32,000 bases of DNA from Xylanibacter ruminicola 23. GTDB taxonomy: Bacteria; Bacteroidota; Bacteroidia; Bacteroidales; Bacteroidaceae. The notes under the pieces are model-generated. The model saw only the letters and a program-made list of their open reading frames with translations, did no database searches and had not been told where the DNA came from. Where the stretch lies: contig NC_014033.1 of the NCBI RefSeq assembly GCF_000025925.1, positions 2,340,001 to 2,372,000 of the forward strand, written 5' to 3'. The translations under genes and the position numbers were made by a program. Shown here in pieces: positions 7,347-16,056 of the stretch. Position 1 is the stretch's first letter. Every line of letters begins with the position of its first letter.

Positions 7347-9770
7347 ATGAAGAATCTGATTAAATATACAATGGGTGCGCTGGCAGCAGGTGTGATGATG
7401 ACCGCCTGCTCGCCCGAAAAATTCGACGGCGCCGACCCCAATGGTATTCCATCGGTAAGCGGTGTTGACTTCAACATCAGCGTCGATCAGGAAACCAACC
7501 AGATGATTGCCAACTACACCCCACAGCCAGGCACATACCCCATCTGGATTATCAACGGCAACACCTACTCTACACTGCAGGAGGTGGGATTCCAGAATCC
7601 TGAGGCCGGCACCTATACTATCGACATGAAATTGGGCAACCGCAATGGTTTCAGTCAGGGTGTCATCAGCAAGACATTCACTTTCAACGAGACTAAGATT
7701 GACTACTCTGCCGATTTCCGTCGTATCTGCGACAAGGAGTGGCGTATAGCCAACAAGGAGCAGGGACACCTGGGCTGCGGCCCTGCCGGAACAGCTGCCA
7801 CCGAATGGTGGAGTGCTGCTCCCAACGATAAGAAGGACTTTGGTGTTTACGACGACCGCATCACCTTTACAGCCACCACACGCAAGGGCGGTAGCTATAC
7901 CTACAATGCTGGTGCCGACGGTAACACCTATGTGAATAAGGGCGTAACCAAATGGAACACCCAGAACGACAATGCCGACGTAGATGTAGCTGTGGGCAAC
8001 CAGACATCAAGCTGGAGCTTCGAGATCTACGACTGGGAGGATGCCGAGGGCAACGTGACCAAGCAGACCTACATCCAGCTGGCCGACAACACCGCATTCC
8101 CCTACATCTCGAGCGACGCTCAGTACGAGAATCCTAAGTTCCGTATCGAGACCCTCACAGCCACCAAGCTGGTGCTGGTTTACGACGCTCCTGATCGCGG
8201 TATTGCATGGCGCTACATCCTGACAAGCGCTCCTGATGAGCGCCTCGTTGAGGAGCAGGGATTCGATGCCAACAGCGACTTCAACCTCTGGAAGGGCATC
8301 ACTCCTAACGCCACATTCTACTTCAACCCAGGTTGGGGCACAGAGCGCACTGGCGAGATGGAAGCTGGCTACACTGGTGGAAACAACGACTACACCGTGA
8401 CAGTTCCCGATGCTTGCTCAGACCGCTGGCAGGCTCAGTTCCACCTCCACACCGACCTGAATCTGAAGGCTGGAACCAACTACGACTTCTCTGTTATCTT
8501 CAATGCTGATAAGGATATCGACGGTGTGACTGTTAAGCTCACCGACGAGGCAGATGCCGATGCTATCATCGACGTAGCCGACGTGAACCTCAAGGCTGGT
8601 CAGGATATCGTATTCTGGCAGAGCGACATAGCAGGTAAGGACCTTTCTAAGGTGAAGTTGGTATTCGACTTCGGTCATGCTACCGGTGCTACCAAGATCA
8701 ACGTAAGCAACGTGGTTATCAAGGATCACGCTAACGACGATGGTACCATCGTTTCAGGTGGTGGCGAAGAGGGCGAGAAGCCTGTGATGGATTGGAACTA
8801 TGAGAGCGGCGCCAACCTTTGGAAGGCTGTTGACGATGGTACAGTAGCTAGCGAGTTCGCTTACTGGTTTGCTGATGACAGCTGGACACAGATTACAAGC
8901 CCAGTATGTACACACAGCGGCGACACTTACGAGCTCACCATGCCTGATGGTATCGGTGGCAGCCAGTGGCAGGGCCAGTTCCATATCGACACCAAGCTTA
9001 CAGCAAGTGCATCAAAGGCCTATAATTTCTACTGTGTATTAGAGGCCGACAACGACTGCGCTGGTGTTACCTTCAAGCTCACCGACGGTGGCGATTCTAA
9101 CTTCCTGCTCGAGGAGCGCATCCCTGTTAAGGCCGACGAGCCACTCATCGTGAAGCGCGAGGGCCTGACACTGAAGGATGGTGCTGATGCCGACCAGCTG
9201 CGCATGTTCTTCGACTTTGGTGGTACACCTGCTGGCACTCACGTGAAGATCAGCAAGATCTATCTCGAAGAGGCTGTAGTTCTGAACTACGACGATGCCA
9301 GCAACCTGTGGAAGGGTGTTGACGATGGTTCAGTAAAGAGCACATTCGCCTACTGGTTCGCTAACGACGCTTGGACAGAGCTGGCCAACCAGCCTGTAGC
9401 TACTCGCAACGGCGACACTGTTGAGCTCACTCTCCCAGAAGGAATGGGTGGCAGCCAGTGGCAGGGTCAGTTCCATATCGACACCGAGCTGACAGCCAAG
9501 GCCAACAAGGAGTATCACTTCCAGGTGGTAGTAACTGCTGATGCCGACTGCCCAGGCGTGACCATCAAGCTCACCGACAGTGGCGATAGCAACTTCTTCT
9601 GCGAGGGTCGTCACGACATCAAGGCCGACGAGCCTTACACATTCACACTGAAGAATGCAACACTGAAGGAGGGTACTGATGCATCGGCAATCCGTCTGTT
9701 CTTCGACTTCGGAGGATCAACACCTGGTACAAAGGTGAAGATTAGTAAGATTGTCTTTAAAGAGGCATAA
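7347..9770 (+). CDS. Surface glycan-binding lipoprotein (SusE/F-position SGBP) with an Ig-like N-domain and three tandem CBM-like modules
   Basis: 807 aa with a lipobox (MMTAC). It occupies the third position of the PUL. There are three modules, each with W-Q-(A/G)-QFH(L/I)(H/D)T ... GVT(V/F/I)KLTD ... (L/M/R)(V/F)FDFG ... K(I/V)(N/S)... Confidence 0.8.
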   Translation: MKNLIKYTMGALAAGVMMTACSPEKFDGADPNGIPSVSGVDFNISVDQETNQMIANYTPQPGTYPIWIINGNTYSTLQEVGFQNPEAGTYTIDMKLGNRNGFSQGVISKTFTFNETKIDYSADFRRICDKEWRIANKEQGHLGCGPAGTAATEWWSAAPNDKKDFGVYDDRITFTATTRKGGSYTYNAGADGNTYVNKGVTKWNTQNDNADVDVAVGNQTSSWSFEIYDWEDAEGNVTKQTYIQLADNTAFPYISSDAQYENPKFRIETLTATKLVLVYDAPDRGIAWRYILTSAPDERLVEEQGFDANSDFNLWKGITPNATFYFNPGWGTERTGEMEAGYTGGNNDYTVTVPDACSDRWQAQFHLHTDLNLKAGTNYDFSVIFNADKDIDGVTVKLTDEADADAIIDVADVNLKAGQDIVFWQSDIAGKDLSKVKLVFDFGHATGATKINVSNVVIKDHANDDGTIVSGGGEEGEKPVMDWNYESGANLWKAVDDGTVASEFAYWFADDSWTQITSPVCTHSGDTYELTMPDGIGGSQWQGQFHIDTKLTASASKAYNFYCVLEADNDCAGVTFKLTDGGDSNFLLEERIPVKADEPLIVKREGLTLKDGADADQLRMFFDFGGTPAGTHVKISKIYLEEAVVLNYDDASNLWKGVDDGSVKSTFAYWFANDAWTELANQPVATRNGDTVELTLPEGMGGSQWQGQFHIDTELTAKANKEYHFQVVVTADADCPGVTIKLTDSGDSNFFCEGRHDIKADEPYTFTLKNATLKEGTDASAIRLFFDFGGSTPGTKVKISKIVFKEA
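8781..9767 (+). repeat. Tandem duplication of a ~165-codon CBM-like module (8781-9272 and 9273-9767)
   Basis: The two peptide blocks align end to end. Example: NLWKAVDDGTVASEFAYWFADDSWT...GGSQWQGQFHIDTKLTA against NLWKGVDDGSVKSTFAYWFANDAWT...GGSQWQGQFHIDTELTA. A more divergent third copy lies at about 8250-8745. Confidence 0.8.
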
Positions 9771-9793
9771 CAAATAAAAAAATTGAATAATTA

Positions 9794-10891
9794 ATGAAAC
9801 GTTACATGTTTAACACTCTATTGCTCGCGCTCACCGCAGTCTTTACTGGCTGCGGTGGGGGTGGCGATGATCCACAACCCGCTGCTCCAACGATCACCGT
9901 ATCGCAGGAGAGCATCAATGCACCTGCCGAAGGAGGCAGCTACACAATTAACGTTACCACCACTGGAAAAGAGTGGGGTGTTTATGCCGATGGCGACTTC
10001 GTGAAGGCCACGGCTCAGTATGCTAACAATGCGGTGGCTGTGACCATCGACGAGAACCCTAATACCACGGAGCGTACAGGTAACGTCATCATTATGTCGG
10101 GTACTGCCCGTAAGAACATCACAGTGACTCAGGCCGCTGCTGCAAAGCCTGCCTACAACGCCCCCGAAGGTTACACACTGGTATGGCAGGACGAGTTCGA
10201 AGGCACCAGCAATCAGCTGAATGCCGCCGACTGGACCCACGAGGTGAAGAACTCAGGTTGGGTGAACCACGAACTGCAGAACTATGTGAACCAAAAAACG
10301 CCAGAGGGCCAGTTGGTGACCGAGGTTAAGAACGGCACCCTGCGCATCACCGCACGCAAGGAGAACGGAAAGGTTTACTCTGGTCGTGTGTATGCCAAGG
10401 TAAAAGAGGGCTGGACCTACGGCTATATCGAGGCCAGCATCAAACTGCCAAAGGGCAAGGGCACATGGCCTGCCTTCTGGATGATGCCTGTGAACTTCAA
10501 GTCATGGCCTGCTGATGGCGAGATTGATATCATGGAAGAGGTGGGCTATCACCCAAACTACGTATCATCAAGTCTGCATGCCAATGCCCATGTACACTCT
10601 AACAATACGCAGGTAACCCACGAGATGAAGTGCGATGGTGCCGAAGGCGAATTCCACACCTACGCTATCCTGTGGACAGCCAAGAACATCACCACCTATG
10701 TGGATGGTAAGGTTCAGTTGAGCTACGACAACCGCGGACTGGGTCGCGACGACTGGCCCTACGATGATCCGTTCTACGTGATCCTCAACCTGGCTTGGGG
10801 TGGCGATTGGGGTGGCGCTCAAGGCGTTGACGAGAGTGCATTGCCAGCCACCATGGAAGTAGATTACGTGCGTGTATTCCAGAAGAAATAA
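9794..10891 (+). CDS. Glycoside hydrolase family 16 endo-beta-1,3(-1,4)-glucanase (laminarinase type) with an N-terminal BACON domain; lipoprotein
   Basis: Lipobox VFTGC. BACON-like segment (ITVSQESINAPAEGGSYTINVTT...TERTGNVIIMSG...ITVTQ). GH16 core with WQDEFEG, GTWPAFWMMP and the catalytic GEIDIME (ExDxxE) motif. Confidence 0.92.
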   Translation: MKRYMFNTLLLALTAVFTGCGGGGDDPQPAAPTITVSQESINAPAEGGSYTINVTTTGKEWGVYADGDFVKATAQYANNAVAVTIDENPNTTERTGNVIIMSGTARKNITVTQAAAAKPAYNAPEGYTLVWQDEFEGTSNQLNAADWTHEVKNSGWVNHELQNYVNQKTPEGQLVTEVKNGTLRITARKENGKVYSGRVYAKVKEGWTYGYIEASIKLPKGKGTWPAFWMMPVNFKSWPADGEIDIMEEVGYHPNYVSSSLHANAHVHSNNTQVTHEMKCDGAEGEFHTYAILWTAKNITTYVDGKVQLSYDNRGLGRDDWPYDDPFYVILNLAWGGDWGGAQGVDESALPATMEVDYVRVFQKK

Positions 10892-12268
10892 ATGAAACCA
10901 AAATTAATACTCTCTATTTTGTTGACGATTGCCTGGGCTGGCCCTGTGCTGGCCCAGCAATATCAACAACTCACCGATGTACCAACGGTGTATATCGAGA
11001 CGGAGAACGGTCAGAACATCACCAGTAAGGAAGAGTACATCATATGTACCTTTACGATGGTGGATGGCGACAACACGCTCCGACTCGAGAACACACAGAT
11101 AAGAGGACGAGGCAACTCATCGTGGTGGAATTCTGACAAGAAACCCTACCGAGTTAAGTTCGACAAAAAGCAAACACTGTTAGGTGAGGACTTTGCGAAA
11201 GCCAAAAGTTGGACCTTGCTGGCCAATCACGGCGACAAGACCATGATTCGCAATGCCCTGACTTATCAACTCGGACGTTTCATCGGCATGAAGTTCTGTC
11301 CAGCTGCCAAGTTCATCGATCTTTATCTTAATGGCAAATACCGCGGAACCTACCAGATTAGCGACCAGGTGCAGGTGCACAAAAAGCGCGTTGAGGTAGA
11401 TGAGGACAACGGTTGGCTGCTGGAGGTGGCCAACGAGAACTCGCGCGAGGAGCCCTACATCACATCCACCCGCTACGGCATCATGTACAACATCAAGAAT
11501 CCTGATGACGAGCTGCTCACCATGGATAAGCGCATCGCCATCGGACAGTGGCTGGAGGCCTTCGAGAAGGCTGTGGCCAGCAATGACTACAAGGACTCCG
11601 AGAAAGGTTATCGCGCCTATATCGATGAGACCGATTTTATTAACTGGTACGTAGGCGCTGAGCTCACGGGCAACATCGATGCACTTTACAGCATCTACAT
11701 GTACAAGGAGGCCGACGAACAGAAGATGCACTTCGGACCGCTGTGGGACCTTGACTTGGGCTACGACAATAGTTCGGAAAAGAGTCTGCTGCGACAGATG
11801 GAGGCCTACTTAGGCTTGTGGAACCGTCCATTCGAAAAAATTCTGCAGCGCCTGTGGCTCGACCCTTGGTTTGCCAAGGCTTGCAACGACCGCCTGAACG
11901 CGCTGGTAGAAGCCGGACTGCAGCAGCACCTGATGGCATCTATCGACAGTTTGCGTGGTGCCATCTGGCAGACACAGGCTCAGAATTTCAAGGTGTGGCC
12001 CATCAACCAGCAGGTGTACGACTGGGAGAAGCACAAGTACCACAACGACTACGACAGCTACATCAGCGATCTGAAGGCGTTTGTGAACACTCATATCCCC
12101 TACCTGCAGGAGGCCTTCGCCCAGAAGTTGAGTGCCACCGGTATTACACCTGCCAAGACAACAGAAAAGAACAGCAGCACCCTCTACGACCTGCAGGGCC
12201 GAAAGGTGCAACAACCCAATAAAAAAGGAATATACATCCAGAACAGACAAATCATAACAAAACAATGA
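10892..12268 (+). CDS. CotH-family protein with a Sec signal peptide and a T9SS-type C-terminal sorting tail
   Basis: 458 aa. CotH hallmarks: KKPYRVKFDKK, SWTLLANHGDKTMIRNALTYQLGR, LYLNGKYRGTYQISDQV, GPLWDLDLGYDN. The C-terminus STLYDLQGRKVQQPNKKGIYIQNRQIITKQ resembles Por/T9SS type A tails. The ATG directly follows the GH16 TAA (TAAATG), and its stop overlaps the next ATG (ATGA). Confidence 0.8.
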   Translation: MKPKLILSILLTIAWAGPVLAQQYQQLTDVPTVYIETENGQNITSKEEYIICTFTMVDGDNTLRLENTQIRGRGNSSWWNSDKKPYRVKFDKKQTLLGEDFAKAKSWTLLANHGDKTMIRNALTYQLGRFIGMKFCPAAKFIDLYLNGKYRGTYQISDQVQVHKKRVEVDEDNGWLLEVANENSREEPYITSTRYGIMYNIKNPDDELLTMDKRIAIGQWLEAFEKAVASNDYKDSEKGYRAYIDETDFINWYVGAELTGNIDALYSIYMYKEADEQKMHFGPLWDLDLGYDNSSEKSLLRQMEAYLGLWNRPFEKILQRLWLDPWFAKACNDRLNALVEAGLQQHLMASIDSLRGAIWQTQAQNFKVWPINQQVYDWEKHKYHNDYDSYISDLKAFVNTHIPYLQEAFAQKLSATGITPAKTTEKNSSTLYDLQGRKVQQPNKKGIYIQNRQIITKQ

Positions 12269-13527
12269 AGAAAGCATTCGTTTATCTCTTTGCGCTCCTG
12301 CTGATGGCCTGCAACATGGGCAAGCAGAACAATACCAATGGGTTCGTCACCATCAACGGCCACGACCTCATCAAGCCCAACGGTGAGAAACTCCTGATTC
12401 AGGGCACCAACCTGGGCAACTGGTTGAACCCCGAGGGTTACATGTTCGGTTTCGGACGTACCAACTCGGCGTGGATGATCGACCTGATGATGAAAGAGGC
12501 CGTGGGTCCCGATGCCACTGCCGAGTTCTGGCAGCAGTTCAAGGATAACTACGTGACACGTAAGGATATCGACTTCATTGCCAATCAGGGTGCCAACACC
12601 ATTCGTCTGCCTTTCAACTACAAGCTGTTCTGCGACGAGGATTACATGGGACAGACAGGCAAGAAGGATGGCTACGCACGCATCGACTCGGTCATCACCT
12701 GGTGCAAGGCCAACAACCTGTATCTGATTCTGGATATGCACGACTGTCCAGGCGGACAGACGGGCGATAACATCGACGACGGACACGGTTACCCCTGGTT
12801 GTTCGAAAGTGAGAAGTGCCAACAGCAGTTCTGCAATATCTGGCGCGAGATAGCCTATCGCTATCGCAGCGAGACCACCATTCTGGGCTACGAACTGATG
12901 AACGAGCCCATCGCTCACTATTTTGCCAACAAGGACTCGCTCTACCAATTGTTGCAGCCGGTATATAAAAAGGCGGTAGAGGCCATCCGACAGGTAGATA
13001 AAAACCACATCATCCTGCTGGGCGGTGCCCACTGGAACAGCTTTTTCTGGATGCTGAACGACAGCACCTACGACGATAAGCTGATGTACACCTGCCACCG
13101 TTACGGCGGTCCTGCCACCAAAGAGGCCATCACCCACTACATCAATTTCCGCGACTCCATCAACCGTCCGATGTATATGGGCGAGTTCGGTCACAACACC
13201 ATGGAGTGGCAGCGCGACTTTGTGAAGGTGCTGAAGGAGAACAACATCGGTTACACCTTCTGGCCTTATAAAAAGGTAGATGAGTCGTGCATGATGGGCA
13301 TCAAGCGCCCCAAGGGTTGGGATAGCATCGTGGTGAAATATGCCGAGACATCGCGCAACACCTATCAAGAATGGCGCGAGGCACGCCCCAATCAGGCTCA
13401 GTTCCGCCAGCTGCTCAAGCAGTTTGCCGAGAACTGTCGCATCGAGAACTGCAAACCACAGGCGGAGTATATCCAAAGCATGGGGATGGGGAAATTGAAA
13501 AAAAAAGGTGAGAAGGTGAGAAAATGA
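12265..13527 (+). CDS. Clan GH-A glycoside hydrolase, GH5-like (putative beta-glucanase); lipoprotein
   Basis: 420 aa with lipobox LLMAC. Motifs: NTIRLPF, LILDMHDCPGGQ, the acid/base motif GYELMNEP and the nucleophile motif MYMGEFG. The subfamily cannot be assigned by eye. Confidence 0.8.
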   Translation: MKKAFVYLFALLLMACNMGKQNNTNGFVTINGHDLIKPNGEKLLIQGTNLGNWLNPEGYMFGFGRTNSAWMIDLMMKEAVGPDATAEFWQQFKDNYVTRKDIDFIANQGANTIRLPFNYKLFCDEDYMGQTGKKDGYARIDSVITWCKANNLYLILDMHDCPGGQTGDNIDDGHGYPWLFESEKCQQQFCNIWREIAYRYRSETTILGYELMNEPIAHYFANKDSLYQLLQPVYKKAVEAIRQVDKNHIILLGGAHWNSFFWMLNDSTYDDKLMYTCHRYGGPATKEAITHYINFRDSINRPMYMGEFGHNTMEWQRDFVKVLKENNIGYTFWPYKKVDESCMMGIKRPKGWDSIVVKYAETSRNTYQEWREARPNQAQFRQLLKQFAENCRIENCKPQAEYIQSMGMGKLKKKGEKVRK

Positions 13528-15794
13528 ACAATAAAACTAATTATAGAATGAAGAAATTTATCATGTCAGCACTACTGATTGGCGCTACTGCAGCGGCACA
13601 GGCTCAAAGCATACCTGTGTATCTCGACGAAAGTAAACCCATCGAGCAGCGCATCGACGACGCACTCAGTCGAATGACACTCGAGGAGAAGATTGCCGTG
13701 ATTCACGCGCAGTCAAAGTTTTCAAGCCCTGGTGTAAAACGTCTGGGATTCCCCGACCTGTGGACCGACGACGGTCCTCACGGTGTGCGCCCCGATGTAC
13801 TGTGGGACGAGTGGGAACAGGCCGGTCAGACCAACGACTCATGCGTGGCCTTCCCTGCCCTCACCTGTCTGGCTGCCACCTGGAATCCCCAGTTGGCCCG
13901 CATGTATGGCGAGAATCTGGCCGAAGAAGCACTCTATCGCAACAAGAGCGTGATGCTGGGCCCTGGCGTGAATATCTATCGCACCCCACTGGGCGGTCGT
14001 AACTTCGAGTATATGGGCGAAGACCCCTGGTTGGCCTCACGCATGGTGGTGCCCTACGTACAGGGACTGCAGTCGAAAGGTGTAGCAGCCTGCGTGAAGC
14101 ACTATGCCCTGAACAACGACGAGGAGTATCGTCATCAGGTGAACGTGATTGTGAGCGACCGTGCACTGCACGAGATTTATCTGCCAGCCTTCAAGGCTGC
14201 TGTGCAGGAGGGTGGTGCCTGGAGCATCATGGGTGCCTACAACCTGTATCAGAACCAGCACAACTGTCATAACGCCACGATGCTGAACAAGATCCTGAAG
14301 AAGGACTGGGGCTTCGACGGTGTGGTGATCAGCGACTGGGGTGGTTGCCACGACACTGAGGAAGCCATCAACAACGGTCTCGACCTGGAGTTCGGCTCAT
14401 GGACCAACGGTCTGAGCGAGGGCACCTCTAATGCCTACGACAACTACTATCTGGCAGTGCCATACAAGAAGCTCATCCAGGAGGGAAAATATACCACCAA
14501 GGAGCTCGACGAGAAGGTGCGCCGTGTGCTGCGCCTGTTCTATCGCACCACGATGAACCGCCACAAGCCCTATGGATTCCTGTGCAGCGAGAGTCACTAT
14601 CAGACTGCGCTCAAGATTGCTCAGGAGGGTATTGTGCTGCTGAAAAATGATAAAATTAATGAATTAAAAAATGAACCCCTTTTGCCGCTCAACCTGCAGA
14701 AGATGAAGCGCATCCTCGTTGTGGGCGAGAATGCCATCAAGATGATGACTGTGGGCGGTGGTTCGTCGTCGCTCAAGGCCCAAAAGGAGATTCTGCCTCT
14801 CGACGGCATCAAGGCCCGTTTTGCTGATGCCGAGGTGGATTTCGTTCGCGGTTACGTGGGCGATACCGTTCAGAGTTACAACGGCGTAACCGTAGGTCGC
14901 TCGCTGTACGAAACCCGTACACAGGCCGAGTTGACTGCCGAGGCTGTTGAGAAGGCCAAGCAGGCCGATGCCGTGATTTTTATTGGTGGACTGAACAAGA
15001 GCGACTATCAGGATTGCGAGGGTCACGACCGCAAGAGTTACGATCTGCCTTACGCCCAGAACGAGGTGATTGAGGCCATCCTGAAGGTAAACCCACGCTT
15101 GGTTTATGTAAACATCTCGGGTAACGCTGCTGCCCTGCCCTGGATTAACAAGGTGCCCGCTGTGGTACAGGCCTGGTTTATCGGCTCCGAGGCTGGCGAG
15201 GCCATCGCCTCGGTACTGGCTGGCGACGTAAACCCATCGGGCAAGCTGCCATTCACCTGGTACGCATCGCTCGGTCAGTGCGGCGCCCATGCCACAGGCA
15301 GCTACCCCGGCAACTGGCGCGAGGATTATAAGATTATCGACGAGGAGTACAAAGAGGGTATCTACGTGGGCTACCGCTATACCGATGCCAATAAGCTCAA
15401 GCCACTCTTCGCATTCGGTCACGGTTTAAGCTACACCACCTTTAAGTTAGGCAAGGTAACCACTAACACCCAACACCTAACACCCAGCACAAAGCTCACC
15501 TTCACCGTGCCCGTAACCAATACCGGCAAGGTGGCTGGTAGCGAAACAGTTCAGCTGTACATCGCCGCCAAGCAGAGCAAGGTTGATCGCCCTGTAAAGG
15601 AGCTCAAGGCCTTCCAGAAGGTATATCTGCAGCCAGGCGAAACCCGCAACGTAACACTTACCATCGGTGCCGATGCCGTAAGCTATTACGATGAGACTGC
15701 CAACAGCTGGTGTGCCGAGCCAGGCACTTACGAGGCCCTGATTGGTACAGCCTCGGATAAGCTCCCAACCAAGTACACATTCAAACTGAAGTAG
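13524..15794 (+). CDS. Glycoside hydrolase family 3 beta-glucosidase (periplasmic, BglX-like)
   Basis: 756 aa. GH3 motifs: DGPHGVR, KHYALNNDE and the nucleophile region GVVISDWGG. It has a C-terminal Fn3-like domain. ATG 13524 overlaps the GH5 stop (ATGA). An alternative start at 13548 (MKKFIMSALL...) is also possible. Confidence 0.93.
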   Translation: MNNKTNYRMKKFIMSALLIGATAAAQAQSIPVYLDESKPIEQRIDDALSRMTLEEKIAVIHAQSKFSSPGVKRLGFPDLWTDDGPHGVRPDVLWDEWEQAGQTNDSCVAFPALTCLAATWNPQLARMYGENLAEEALYRNKSVMLGPGVNIYRTPLGGRNFEYMGEDPWLASRMVVPYVQGLQSKGVAACVKHYALNNDEEYRHQVNVIVSDRALHEIYLPAFKAAVQEGGAWSIMGAYNLYQNQHNCHNATMLNKILKKDWGFDGVVISDWGGCHDTEEAINNGLDLEFGSWTNGLSEGTSNAYDNYYLAVPYKKLIQEGKYTTKELDEKVRRVLRLFYRTTMNRHKPYGFLCSESHYQTALKIAQEGIVLLKNDKINELKNEPLLPLNLQKMKRILVVGENAIKMMTVGGGSSSLKAQKEILPLDGIKARFADAEVDFVRGYVGDTVQSYNGVTVGRSLYETRTQAELTAEAVEKAKQADAVIFIGGLNKSDYQDCEGHDRKSYDLPYAQNEVIEAILKVNPRLVYVNISGNAAALPWINKVPAVVQAWFIGSEAGEAIASVLAGDVNPSGKLPFTWYASLGQCGAHATGSYPGNWREDYKIIDEEYKEGIYVGYRYTDANKLKPLFAFGHGLSYTTFKLGKVTTNTQHLTPSTKLTFTVPVTNTGKVAGSETVQLYIAAKQSKVDRPVKELKAFQKVYLQPGETRNVTLTIGADAVSYYDETANSWCAEPGTYEALIGTASDKLPTKYTFKLK

Positions 15795-15890
15795 ATTCAT
15801 GCGTTATTTTAAATATTTAGGTACACATATAGTTGATATTAGTTAGTAATTAGTAGTTCCAAAATGATTGTTTTACCAGGATTAACACAA

Positions 15891-15918
15891 AAGGAGCCGG
15901 CAGCAATGCTGGCTCCTT
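15891..15918 (+). terminator. Hairpin downstream of the PUL (AAGGAGCCGGC-agcaat-GCTGGCTCCTT)
   Basis: 11-bp stem with one G-U pair and a 6-nt loop, about 97 nt after the GH3 stop. The U-tract is weak. Confidence 0.4.
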
Positions 15919-15954
15919 TGCTAATTAACTAACACAAAATTATCACATAAAAGA

Positions 15955-15985
15955 GGGATTCAATACTCTCACAGTATCAAATCCC
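15955..15985 (-). terminator. Intrinsic terminator for glnA
   Basis: The minus-strand RNA, GGGAUUUGAUACU-GUGAG-AGUAUUGAAUCCC, forms a 13-bp stem (two G-U pairs) followed by UCUUUUAU. The plus-strand version has two C-A/A-C mismatches, so it is strand-specific. Confidence 0.55.
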
Positions 15986-16056
15986 CCACGCAAACTTCAA
16001 TAAATCGCTTTTTGCGATTTTCAAACAACCAAAAAAAGAATTGTTTGATTTATCGA

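Noticed and set aside
12184-13476. 430-aa minus-strand ORF antisense to the GH5-like gene
   Set aside because: Same reasoning. The plus-strand product has clear clan GH-A catalytic motifs and a lipoprotein signal. The antisense product has none and would run against a tightly coupled operon.
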